Shown here piece after piece: positions 26,513 through 35,174 of a stretch of DNA of 64,000 nucleotides. Every line of letters starts with the position of its first letter. The stretch's first letter is position 1. This stretch comes from Caldilineae bacterium. Lineage in GTDB: Bacteria > Chloroflexota > Anaerolineae > DUEN01. The notes below the pieces were generated by a model that was not told the origin of the DNA, did not search any database, and was given only the letters and a program-made list of their open reading frames with translations. The stretch spans positions 9,510 through 73,509 of the forward strand of contig DUEN01000009.1 of the NCBI GenBank assembly GCA_011176545.1. Direction: 5' to 3'. A program made the position numbers and the translations under genes.

Positions 26513-27847
26513 ATGACCGAACGCCCTAATATCATCGTGTTAGCTGTGGATACTTTACGCGCCGATCATCTCGGGTGTTATGGATACGCGCGCCCTACCA
26601 GCCCGAACATCGATGCCCTGGCTGAGGAGGGTGTCCTGGCGGAGAGGATGCTCTGCCCGGCCATCCCGACTTTCCCCTCCTTCACCACGTTCTACACCGC
26701 CCAGCATCCCCTGACCCATGGGATCATCGCCCATGGTGGGGACGCACGATTGGCTCGCGAGGCGCCTCATCTTGTCCCGCTCTTGTTGGAGGCGGGCTAT
26801 ACGACCTGCGCCGTGGACAACCTCATCCGGGAGAGGATATGGTTCGGCCGCGGCTACGAGTTTTGCATCGATCCAGGGCTACGACGCCCCCTGTCCATGA
26901 TGGTGACCTGCGAGGAACTGAACGCCCGGGCCATCTCCTGGTTGCGCCATTATCATCACGAGCCCTTTTTCCTTTTCATCCATTATTGGGACCCCCATAC
27001 GCCGTACACGCCTCCGGAGCAATATCGAGAGCTCTTCTACGAGGGGGGCAATCCGACCGATCCCGAGAACCGCTCGCTGGAGAAGATGTGGGAGCACCCC
27101 AATGGGATGATCGCCCGGGATAGCTGGCTGCGGACCCCCGAGGGCCTGATCACGGATGCCGACTACGTCGCTGCCCTCTACGACGCGGAGATCCGCTACC
27201 TGGACGATGGGATTGGCCAGATTATCACGGCCGTTGATGAGTTGGGGTTGACCGAGAACACGCTGATCATCCTCATGGCGGATCACGGGGAGAGCATGAC
27301 CGAGCATGGCATCTACTTCGATCACTTCGGGCTCTACGAATGCACGATCCATGTGCCCTTCATCGCGCGCTGGCCCGGCCGTCTCCCGGCTGGAGTGCGG
27401 TTGTCCCACATGTTACAGCTCAGCGACATCGCGCCGACGTTGCTGGAGGCCATTGGGCTGGTGATCCCAGGCGCTATGGAGGGCAAGAGCTTCTGGCCCT
27501 TGCTGACGGGCGCGTCGAACAGCGGGGGATGGGATCGGGTGATCAGCGTGGAGGCGACCTGGCAGGCCAAGTGGAGCCTGCGGACCGAGCGTTATAAGTT
27601 CATCCTCGACCGGGATCTGGGAGAGGACGGGAGTCCAGCTCACGAGCTTTATGATCTGGTCGCCGACCCGGGGGAGACGGTGAATCTGGTTGAAGCCCAA
27701 CCACAATTGGCCGCGGAGATGGAAGCCGAGCTGGAAAGCTGGATCGCGCGCCGGCTCCATGAGCTGGGCAAGCAGGAGGATCCATTGATCACGGAGGGCG
27801 CGATCCTAAAATCGACATGGCTGATGCATCAGGGAGTAAGCGCATGA
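26513..27847 (+). CDS. Sulfatase-fold (alkaline phosphatase superfamily) hydrolase/transferase, apparently Thr-type rather than formylglycine-type
   Basis: NIIVLAVDTLRADHLGCYGY, PTFPSFTTFYTAQHPLTHGI, MADHGESMTEHG. ATG 26513 lies 6 nt after GAGGA. Confidence 0.7.
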   Translation: MTERPNIIVLAVDTLRADHLGCYGYARPTSPNIDALAEEGVLAERMLCPAIPTFPSFTTFYTAQHPLTHGIIAHGGDARLAREAPHLVPLLLEAGYTTCAVDNLIRERIWFGRGYEFCIDPGLRRPLSMMVTCEELNARAISWLRHYHHEPFFLFIHYWDPHTPYTPPEQYRELFYEGGNPTDPENRSLEKMWEHPNGMIARDSWLRTPEGLITDADYVAALYDAEIRYLDDGIGQIITAVDELGLTENTLIILMADHGESMTEHGIYFDHFGLYECTIHVPFIARWPGRLPAGVRLSHMLQLSDIAPTLLEAIGLVIPGAMEGKSFWPLLTGASNSGGWDRVISVEATWQAKWSLRTERYKFILDRDLGEDGSPAHELYDLVADPGETVNLVEAQPQLAAEMEAELESWIARRLHELGKQEDPLITEGAILKSTWLMHQGVSA

Positions 27848-28236
27848 TGGACATGAACACAGCGCAGCAGTCCGATCTGGCTTCTCTCCTGCAGGAATAT
27901 CTTGCAGCCGTGGAAGCGCGGGATCTGGATCGGTGTCTCGACTTTTATACCGATGATGCCATCATCCACTTCGCGATGGGCGTCTACAAAGGCCGTCAGG
28001 CTATCACGGACTGGCATCGCGAGCGGTTCAACGCGGACTTGCGTGTGCTCCAACTCGACAGGGTCTCCTCTCAAGGCGACGAGCTGACCTGCGAGTTGGT
28101 GATCACCTCGAAACGCTTGAAGGCCTGGCGGATCAACACCCTACGGGGTAAGGGGACGTTTCGTTTCGAGAATGGGAAGATCAAGGAGGCTCGATTCTCG
28201 TTGGCGGGAGCGAATCCCCTGGAAGGCTGGCGATAG
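27844..28236 (+). CDS. SnoaL-like / NTF2-fold protein
   Basis: ATGA overlap at 27844-27847. YLAAVEARDLDRCLDFYTDDAIIHF. About 130 aa. Confidence 0.6.
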   Translation: MMDMNTAQQSDLASLLQEYLAAVEARDLDRCLDFYTDDAIIHFAMGVYKGRQAITDWHRERFNADLRVLQLDRVSSQGDELTCELVITSKRLKAWRINTLRGKGTFRFENGKIKEARFSLAGANPLEGWR

Positions 28237-28266
28237 TTGAAAGCGAACGGCGAGTTTGCTCATCCC

Positions 28267-29202
28267 ATGCGAGTGCTGTTGACGGGCGGGACCGGGTTAT
28301 TGGGATGGACGTTGTTGCAGAAGATGCCCCCGGAATGGGAGGTCGTCGTTGCCGTTCACCGGAACCACATCCCTCCCCTGGGCGCTCATATCCGTCCTAT
28401 CCTCATGGATCTGACCTCCCGCCAGCAGGTGCGGGAGGCCGTGCGATGGGCGCGGCCGGACGTGATCATCCACACCGCGTCCATTGGAGATCTCGACGCT
28501 AACGAGAGAAGGCAGGAGGAAGCCTGGCAGGTCAATGTGGAAGGCACGCGGTTCCTGCTAGAGGAGTCGCTGCCGTATGAGCCCCTCTTCGTCTTCTGTT
28601 CGACGATCTACGTCTTCGACGGCACCGAGCCGCCTTATGCTGAGGACGCGGTGCCCAACCCGATCAACTTCTACGCCAGGTGTAAGCTCGCCGGGGAGCG
28701 GCTCGCCCAGCGCTTGGCGCATCGGTTGCTCCTGTTACGCCCGAACACGACCTATGGCTGGCACCTGCCCGGCCAGCGTCCCAACTGGGTCACCTGGCTA
28801 CTTGCCAAACTGAGCGCAGGCCAGCCGGTCAAGGTCGTCGATGATGTGCATAACAACTATGTCTGGGTGGGCGATGTCGCCGATATCATCCTGGCTGGCA
28901 TCATCCAGGGGGTGACAGGGGTCTTTCACGTCGGTGGCCCGGAGTCGATGAGCCGATACGTGTTTTCGCTTCATATCGCTGACGTCTTCGGCTATCCCCG
29001 TGATCTGATCTCGCCGGTGTCCAGCGATTACTTTGCCAGCCTGGCCCCGCGGCCGAGAAGCGCCATATGCTCGATCGAGAAGATGGTGAGGGTTCTGGGG
29101 ATTCGGCCCCTGACCGTCCTCGAAGGGCTGGAGCTCATGAAGCGGCAGGAGGAGATGCGGGTCCGGCTGGGACGGGAGTATCATGAACTGGTCTCGGCCT
29201 GA
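28267..29202 (+). CDS. NAD(P)-dependent sugar-nucleotide reductase/epimerase (RmlD-like)
   Basis: MRVLLTGGTGLLG Rossmann motif, YARCK (YxxxK). Alternative TTG start at 28237. Confidence 0.7.
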   Translation: MRVLLTGGTGLLGWTLLQKMPPEWEVVVAVHRNHIPPLGAHIRPILMDLTSRQQVREAVRWARPDVIIHTASIGDLDANERRQEEAWQVNVEGTRFLLEESLPYEPLFVFCSTIYVFDGTEPPYAEDAVPNPINFYARCKLAGERLAQRLAHRLLLLRPNTTYGWHLPGQRPNWVTWLLAKLSAGQPVKVVDDVHNNYVWVGDVADIILAGIIQGVTGVFHVGGPESMSRYVFSLHIADVFGYPRDLISPVSSDYFASLAPRPRSAICSIEKMVRVLGIRPLTVLEGLELMKRQEEMRVRLGREYHELVSA

Positions 29203-30538
29203 GGATCGGCTCGCCGGCCTAAGCCGACGCCGATTTCTCCAGGGCGCGCTGGCGGGCCTGGCGAGCTCTCTGTTGCCCAGGCGGGTCATGACGGCCTCGC
29301 GATATCGGGTCGGCGTGGGCAAGGACGCGGATCCTTATGTCGCCACCTTGCGGGCCCTGGATGCCTGTAGCGAGTGGCCGCCGCCGGAACTCTTCGGCCG
29401 TCAGGTCATCATCAAGCCCAACCTCGTCGTGCAGGCTTCCCCGGAGACAGGGGCCGTCACAGATCCACAAGTCGTGCGGGCGATCGTGGATACGGCTCTG
29501 GCGGCCGGAGCGGCCGAGGTGTTGATCGCGGAGGGAGCGAAGGGGGGTGAGTATTTTTCGGCATGTGGCTATGATTTCTTCCAGAGTTATGATCCCGCGG
29601 GACGCGTTGCCCTGGTCAATCTGGATGAGCAGCCCGCTACGCTGGTGGCGGTACCCGATGGATTGGCCTATCGTCAGATCTACCTGCCAGAGCTGGTGCT
29701 GGATGCCGAGGCGTACCTGATCAGCGTGGCTAAGCTGAAATGCCACGTGGAGACGCTGGTCACGCTGTCGATGAAGAACCTGTTTGGGCTGCCACCCCTT
29801 CAAAGATACCAACATGCTGAGGCTACGGTGCAGAGCCGCTTCGCCATGCACGAGCGTGGCGTGAATCAGGCCATCGTGGATCTGAATCTGGCGCGTCCCA
29901 TCGATTTCGCCGTGGTGGATGGGATCTGGGGAATGGAAGGAGATGGCCCCTGGGAGGGAGATCCCGTGCGGATGGATATGGTCATCGCGGGGCGCAACGC
30001 GCTGGCGGTGGACCTGGTTTGCCTGCAGGCCATGGATGTCCCTCAAAGCCAGGTGCAGCATCTCGCGTACGCTGTAGAGAAGGGGTTGGGACCAGCCGAC
30101 GCGAGCTCGATTGACGTCTTGGGGGATCCCTTCTCTCCGAAGACTTTTCGCCTGCCCACGATCCCGCCGTTCATTGAGCGCCCGCGGGCCATCCCGTCCG
30201 TCTTCGCCCCGGACAGGGGCGAAGGGACTGCCATCGTTTATTGGGTGGACCGTCCCTGCTGGACTCGGGTAGAGATCATCCGCACCTCCGACCTCACATC
30301 TGATGTGACGGCCGTTCGCCTGTTACGCGGGTGGACCCTCCGCCTTGCCGGAAGGGACATCCTGATCTGGGATGGTCGCGATGACCAGGGCCAGCTCGTG
30401 CCAGAGGGCGAGTACACGATTCACATCGAGGCTACCGGGGGGGAGGTCTCGCGTAACCACGCTCACGCGACCGGTTGGGTCTCGGTGGTGGCGGAGGAGA
30501 TGAGCCAGCGGGCTTACCTGCCCGCCGTGCTCCGATGA
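29183..30538 (+). CDS. DUF362-domain protein with a twin-arginine signal and a C-terminal FlgD-Ig-like domain
   Basis: LSRRRFLQGALAGLASSLL, VIIKPNLV (DUF362 hallmark), ILIWDGRDDQGQLVPEGEYTIHIEA. Ends AYLPAVLR. Confidence 0.6.
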   Translation: MNWSRPEDRLAGLSRRRFLQGALAGLASSLLPRRVMTASRYRVGVGKDADPYVATLRALDACSEWPPPELFGRQVIIKPNLVVQASPETGAVTDPQVVRAIVDTALAAGAAEVLIAEGAKGGEYFSACGYDFFQSYDPAGRVALVNLDEQPATLVAVPDGLAYRQIYLPELVLDAEAYLISVAKLKCHVETLVTLSMKNLFGLPPLQRYQHAEATVQSRFAMHERGVNQAIVDLNLARPIDFAVVDGIWGMEGDGPWEGDPVRMDMVIAGRNALAVDLVCLQAMDVPQSQVQHLAYAVEKGLGPADASSIDVLGDPFSPKTFRLPTIPPFIERPRAIPSVFAPDRGEGTAIVYWVDRPCWTRVEIIRTSDLTSDVTAVRLLRGWTLRLAGRDILIWDGRDDQGQLVPEGEYTIHIEATGGEVSRNHAHATGWVSVVAEEMSQRAYLPAVLR

Positions 30539-31818
30539 GGGACATCAGGCATAAAGAGGAGCTGATGCATATCCGAGATCCGAGGGCGATTGGGGAAGCG
30601 CGACGCGCTATGTTTCCACGATGGGTATACATTCTACAGGTGAGCGTCGTCCTTATCGTGATGGTGGGAGCCTGCGCGCCCCGGAAACGCCCGGTGAAGA
30701 CACCCACCCCAGCGGCCCTGGAGGTTCGGACACCTCCGCCGGTAGAGGAGGTCCCTGTGGGAGAGGGTGCTTGCGCTGTGGAAGAGATCCGCTATTTTGG
30801 GCTGGGCGGGGAGAACGACTGGTCACCCGATGGAGAGCTTTTGGTCTTTCAGCGCCGGGATGCCTCGGGCATCTATCAACTTTACATCGCGCGCCCTGAC
30901 GGCTCCGACGAGCGCTGTATCACCTGTGAGCCGGTGCCTGGCGGTCCCTCCCAGGATCGACACAAGGGATTCCCCGCCTGGCATCCGAGCGGGAAGTACA
31001 TCGTGGCTCAGGTGGAAATGGAAAGCCATCCGCCATTGAAGCGGCTGACCGAGCCAGGACGCGGGGCGTGGAATAACCTCTGGGTGCTGACCCCGGACGG
31101 CAAACAGTGGTTTCAACTCACCGATTATCCCTCCCTGGCGCCCTCTGGGGTGTTGAACCCTCGCTTCTCTCACGACGGCAGGAAGCTGTTCTGGGCTGAG
31201 AAGATCGGTCGGGCGACCAAGGAGAGCCCGTTCGCCCAGTGGCAACTCGTCATAGCGGACTTCGTCGTGGAGGCGGGACAGCCGCGGTTGGAGAACGTCC
31301 AGGCGTTTCGCCCGGGTGATGGGCGTTTCTTCGAGGCCCATGGCTTCACCGCGGACGATTCGAAGGTCCTTTTCTCTTCGGATATCGGCCTATCCACCCC
31401 CTTCGCCATGGATATCTTCACTTATGATCTGGCTACTGGAGAGCTGCGAAATCTCACGAACTCTCCCGACGAATGGGAGGAACATGCCGCCTATTCGCCC
31501 AACAACCATAAGATCGCTTTCATGTCGAGTCAATGCTGTCCCGGATATGACCCAACCCAGTTTAACGTGAGGAATTTACAGATCTTGCAGACGGAAGAGT
31601 ATATAATGGACGCTGATGGGAAGAATTGGGTACAGTTGACCCACTTCAACACACCGGGATTCCCCGAATATACGCCTGAGCACAGCGTGGCAGCCGTGGC
31701 TAGCTGGCATCCCGATGGGACACAGTTGGCCGTGGCCCAATTCCTGGTGGGCGAAAGCTACGACAGCGTGGAGGCCCATCGGCTCTGGATCGTGAAATTC
31801 AAGGGACGGTGTGGTTGA
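30535..31818 (+). CDS. PD40/TolB-like beta-propeller repeat protein (exported or lipoprotein)
   Basis: ATGA overlap at 30535-30538. Hydrophobic VLIVMVGAC. Repeats SPDGELLVF, HPSGKYIV, SHDGRKLFW, TADDSKVLF, SPNNHKIAF, HPDGTQLAV. Confidence 0.7.
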   Translation: MRDIRHKEELMHIRDPRAIGEARRAMFPRWVYILQVSVVLIVMVGACAPRKRPVKTPTPAALEVRTPPPVEEVPVGEGACAVEEIRYFGLGGENDWSPDGELLVFQRRDASGIYQLYIARPDGSDERCITCEPVPGGPSQDRHKGFPAWHPSGKYIVAQVEMESHPPLKRLTEPGRGAWNNLWVLTPDGKQWFQLTDYPSLAPSGVLNPRFSHDGRKLFWAEKIGRATKESPFAQWQLVIADFVVEAGQPRLENVQAFRPGDGRFFEAHGFTADDSKVLFSSDIGLSTPFAMDIFTYDLATGELRNLTNSPDEWEEHAAYSPNNHKIAFMSSQCCPGYDPTQFNVRNLQILQTEEYIMDADGKNWVQLTHFNTPGFPEYTPEHSVAAVASWHPDGTQLAVAQFLVGESYDSVEAHRLWIVKFKGRCG

Positions 31819-31823
31819 TCACG

Positions 31824-33308
31824 ATGGCATGGCAAGGAGAAATCGCCAGGAGGTCCATATCCTCGCGGGGGATGACGTCGACGAGTGCCGGCCGCGTGGC
31901 TCACCATGCCGGGCTGCCTCTGAAGACGAAGGTCCTCTATGGCCTCGGCGAGGCGAGCAACGCCATTAAAGCATTCACCTTCGGCCTGTTCCTGCTGTTC
32001 TTTTACACCACCGTCCTGGGCCTGCCCGGGACCTGGGTAGGCATCGCCACCTCCATCGGCCTGATCTGGGACGCGGTCATCGATCCGTTCATCGGGCATC
32101 TCTCCGATCGCATCCATCCTCGGCTGGGACGCCGCCACGCGCTCATGTTGGTAGGGGCCATCGGCATGGGCGTGGCTTTCTTCGCCATCTTCCGCCCGCC
32201 TCGCGGCCTCTCCAGCACGGCGCTCTTCGCCTGGCTGGTGGCGACGAGTCTGCTCTTGCGCACGACCAACTCTATATTCATGGTACCTTACCACGCCCTG
32301 GGCGCGGAGCTGAGCCGAGACTACCATGAGCGCACCGCGGTGACCAGCGCACGGGCGGCCTTCGCCCTCGTGGGCACGCTGGTGGCGGCAGGGCTCTCCT
32401 TCTCTGTCTTCTTCCCCGATCGCACGCCCAGCGTGGATCCCAAGCTCGATCCCTCCGGTTATGCTACGATGGGCCTGGCCTTTGGACTGGCTATGACGGC
32501 GTTGGGCCTGGTGGCCACTCTGGGAACGTTGTCGCATCGCGCATCTGAGGAGCCGGAGCCCCGCGCCCGACAGGAGGAGCGCCTCGGCTTCGTTCGAGGG
32601 TTGCTCATCTGTCTCCACAACCCGGCGTTCCTGTTGCTGACCCTCTCCGCCTCGCTATTCTTCCTGGCCAGCGTGATCAACGCGACCGTGGCGATCCACT
32701 ATCTCGTCTATTACGCGGGCATCACGAAGAGCAATGCTCTCAGCCTCTTCCAACTCTCTTTCTATGTCGGCGCACTGGCGGGCGTGGCCCTTTGGCTACG
32801 CGTCGCCCGTCGTTGGGAGAAGCAACATCTCTATTTCGTGGCCACCCTCGCGGTCGCCGCGTTGATGGTCGCCGCCTATAGGCTGGTGGGGGAGGGGCGC
32901 CTGTTCGGCACCGGGAACCTGTCGGCCCTGTTGATTGGGCATGGGACTGCGGGCCTCTTTGCCAGTGCCCTCTGGGTGTTGCCGCCGTCGATGATCGCCG
33001 ATGTGACGGATTGGGACGCGCTGATCACCGGACAGCGCCGCGAGGGGGTCTTCTTCGGCATTTATTCCTTCAGCCAGCAGGTGGCGGCCAGCCTGGCCAT
33101 CCTCATCACTGGCGTATTGGTGGATCGCTTCGCGGGCCTGGTGCCTGGCCAGGCCACACAGTCTCCCCTGACGATCGAGCGCCTGGCGATGCTCTTCAGC
33201 TTATTGCCGGCCATGATCGTGTTGGTGGCCGCCCTCCTGATCCTCGGCTATCGCCTCACCAGGGGACGTCTCCAGCAGATCCAGGCGGAGCTTGGGGGGT
33301 GGGTATGA
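31824..33308 (+). CDS. MFS transporter, glycoside-pentoside-hexuronide (GPH/MFS_2)-like
   Basis: LYGLGEASNAIK, WDAVIDPFIGHLSDRIHPRLGRRHA. Multiple hydrophobic helices. Start uncertain (31809-31872). Confidence 0.75.
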   Translation: MAWQGEIARRSISSRGMTSTSAGRVAHHAGLPLKTKVLYGLGEASNAIKAFTFGLFLLFFYTTVLGLPGTWVGIATSIGLIWDAVIDPFIGHLSDRIHPRLGRRHALMLVGAIGMGVAFFAIFRPPRGLSSTALFAWLVATSLLLRTTNSIFMVPYHALGAELSRDYHERTAVTSARAAFALVGTLVAAGLSFSVFFPDRTPSVDPKLDPSGYATMGLAFGLAMTALGLVATLGTLSHRASEEPEPRARQEERLGFVRGLLICLHNPAFLLLTLSASLFFLASVINATVAIHYLVYYAGITKSNALSLFQLSFYVGALAGVALWLRVARRWEKQHLYFVATLAVAALMVAAYRLVGEGRLFGTGNLSALLIGHGTAGLFASALWVLPPSMIADVTDWDALITGQRREGVFFGIYSFSQQVAASLAILITGVLVDRFAGLVPGQATQSPLTIERLAMLFSLLPAMIVLVAALLILGYRLTRGRLQQIQAELGGWV

Positions 33309-33336
33309 GTTCGACATGGGAGGTGAGGAAGCCGCG

Positions 33337-35169
33337 ATGAGGGAGAAGCGCCTCGTCATCTATGGGATGATCCCTTTCCTCCTCGCATATGCGCTCTTGC
33401 TTCTGAACGGGAAGCTGATCATGGCCTCTCCGCATCCGCACGCGAAGATGGATCTGGTCTTGCCTCCTACGCCTCAGCCGTTGCCACCCACGGGCGATTG
33501 CACGCTGGATAACATCTTCTATGGCGCCGTGCCGCCGGGCGGCGAACAGGGTGACGTGCTGGTCTTCGTGCATGGGCTCTCCGGCCTGGCTGAGGATTGG
33601 TGGGCCGAGAACACGACGGCGGGGCTGAATGATATGTACATCCTGGCGTACAACGCGGGCTATCGGACGGCCTTCGTCAACCTGAACGTCGCCGCGGCGA
33701 CCCCGCCGGAATGCCATGTGAAACGCCGGCCCGCCAATGATATGATGGGGAACGGGAAGGTACTCAGCCAGCAGCTCGACGCGATCACGCAACACTACGG
33801 AGTCAGCCAGGTTGATATCATCGCCCATTCCAAAGGAGGCGTCGACGCGCAGGCCGCGACCGTCTGGTGGGGCGCGTGGCCTAAGGTTCGCAACGTGTTC
33901 ACGTTAGGGACGCCTCATCAGGGCTCGCTGCTGGCCGACCTCCTCTGGAGCCCCGAGGGATTCTGGGTGAGCATCCTCCTGGGACAGCGAGATCAGGCGA
34001 CGTTCAGCATGCGGACCGGCTCGATGCAGTTATTCCGATCGCTGACGGATCCCGCCACGGTGGATGACAATATACATTACTATTCGGGCGCCGGGAATCA
34101 CTGGAACACGCCGGGGACGATATATGAGATCACGGGGGAATGGCTTCAGAACCATCCTGAGGGCGGCGACAACGATGGCGCGGTCACCGTGGCGAGCACG
34201 TCCCTGGCCGGGGCGGAGACCCTCTTCCTGGAGCCGTGGAACCATGCCGAAGTATACCTGGGGAGGAACGCCTTCCCCTATATCCTCCAGGTCCTAGAGG
34301 GACCTCCTCCAAGCTTTCACGCCTACCTGCCCTTGTTGTACCGCGAAGGAGGGGCTGCCGCAAGCAAGCCCGAAGGGACCGCTCCTGACGGTGAGAGGGC
34401 TTCGGGCCTCGCGCTTCATCGGGCGGGGCCGATGTCTGGCGTGCTGACCTCCAGCTATGTCCTCCGTGGAGGCCGGCTGGTCGGTTCCATCTGGGAGACG
34501 TTGCCCATCGAGGATCAGGTGCGAACGGCCAGGTTCACCCTGATCACCACGGCGGAGGAAGTTACAGCTACCCTGATAGATCCTCAGGGGAACGAGCTCC
34601 CGATGCGGTGGGTGGGCCGCGGGGATCAACAAGGGCTCTTCGCGTCGGCGTCCTGGCTGACCAGGAGGATGGATCGGCCGGCGCCAGGGGAGTGGAGCGT
34701 ACAGATGGATGGCCCGTCGGGAGCCGGATATCTCTTGATCGTCACGCTGGATAGCCCATTGCGTGTGGGGCTGAGGGGCCTTCCCCGCCAGCCCGTGGCG
34801 CCAGGGCAGGCGGTGCGTTTGCAGGCCTGGGCCCATGATCCGCTGAGCATCACGCGCATCGAGCACGTCCGGGTGCGATGGGAAGCTCCTCCCTGGCTCA
34901 CCTCCCAGGGATGCGCGATGGACGGTGATATGACGTGCAACGTCGCCACTGCGAACACGATGTCCTTTGAAGAGGCGACGGCGGTAGGTGAAGAGATCCT
35001 GAGCCGCGCCTTCGTCGAAGAAGGGGTATATGGGATCTCCGTTAGGGTGAGGGGACATACCGGGGCCGGATGGTCCTTTGAGCGATCCTTCGTTTATTCG
35101 TTCGCCGTCGCGCCCGCGCGGCGAGACCGCGATGTGTGGAAAGCGCAGGCCCTATGGCCTGGGAGGTGA
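33337..35169 (+). CDS. Secreted lipase/esterase (alpha/beta fold) with a C-terminal beta-rich extension
   Basis: GGAGGTGAGG RBS. Signal-like MIPFLLAYALLLL. VLVFVHGLSGL, IIAHSKGGVD (A-H-S-x-G-G lipase elbow), GTPHQGS. Confidence 0.7.
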   Translation: MREKRLVIYGMIPFLLAYALLLLNGKLIMASPHPHAKMDLVLPPTPQPLPPTGDCTLDNIFYGAVPPGGEQGDVLVFVHGLSGLAEDWWAENTTAGLNDMYILAYNAGYRTAFVNLNVAAATPPECHVKRRPANDMMGNGKVLSQQLDAITQHYGVSQVDIIAHSKGGVDAQAATVWWGAWPKVRNVFTLGTPHQGSLLADLLWSPEGFWVSILLGQRDQATFSMRTGSMQLFRSLTDPATVDDNIHYYSGAGNHWNTPGTIYEITGEWLQNHPEGGDNDGAVTVASTSLAGAETLFLEPWNHAEVYLGRNAFPYILQVLEGPPPSFHAYLPLLYREGGAAASKPEGTAPDGERASGLALHRAGPMSGVLTSSYVLRGGRLVGSIWETLPIEDQVRTARFTLITTAEEVTATLIDPQGNELPMRWVGRGDQQGLFASASWLTRRMDRPAPGEWSVQMDGPSGAGYLLIVTLDSPLRVGLRGLPRQPVAPGQAVRLQAWAHDPLSITRIEHVRVRWEAPPWLTSQGCAMDGDMTCNVATANTMSFEEATAVGEEILSRAFVEEGVYGISVRVRGHTGAGWSFERSFVYSFAVAPARRDRDVWKAQALWPGR

Positions 35170-35174
35170 CTTTC

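Noticed and set aside
26513-27847. Formylglycine-dependent arylsulfatase.
   Set aside because: The position of the C/S-x-P-x-R signature reads T-F-P-S-F. No maturase gene is in the window.
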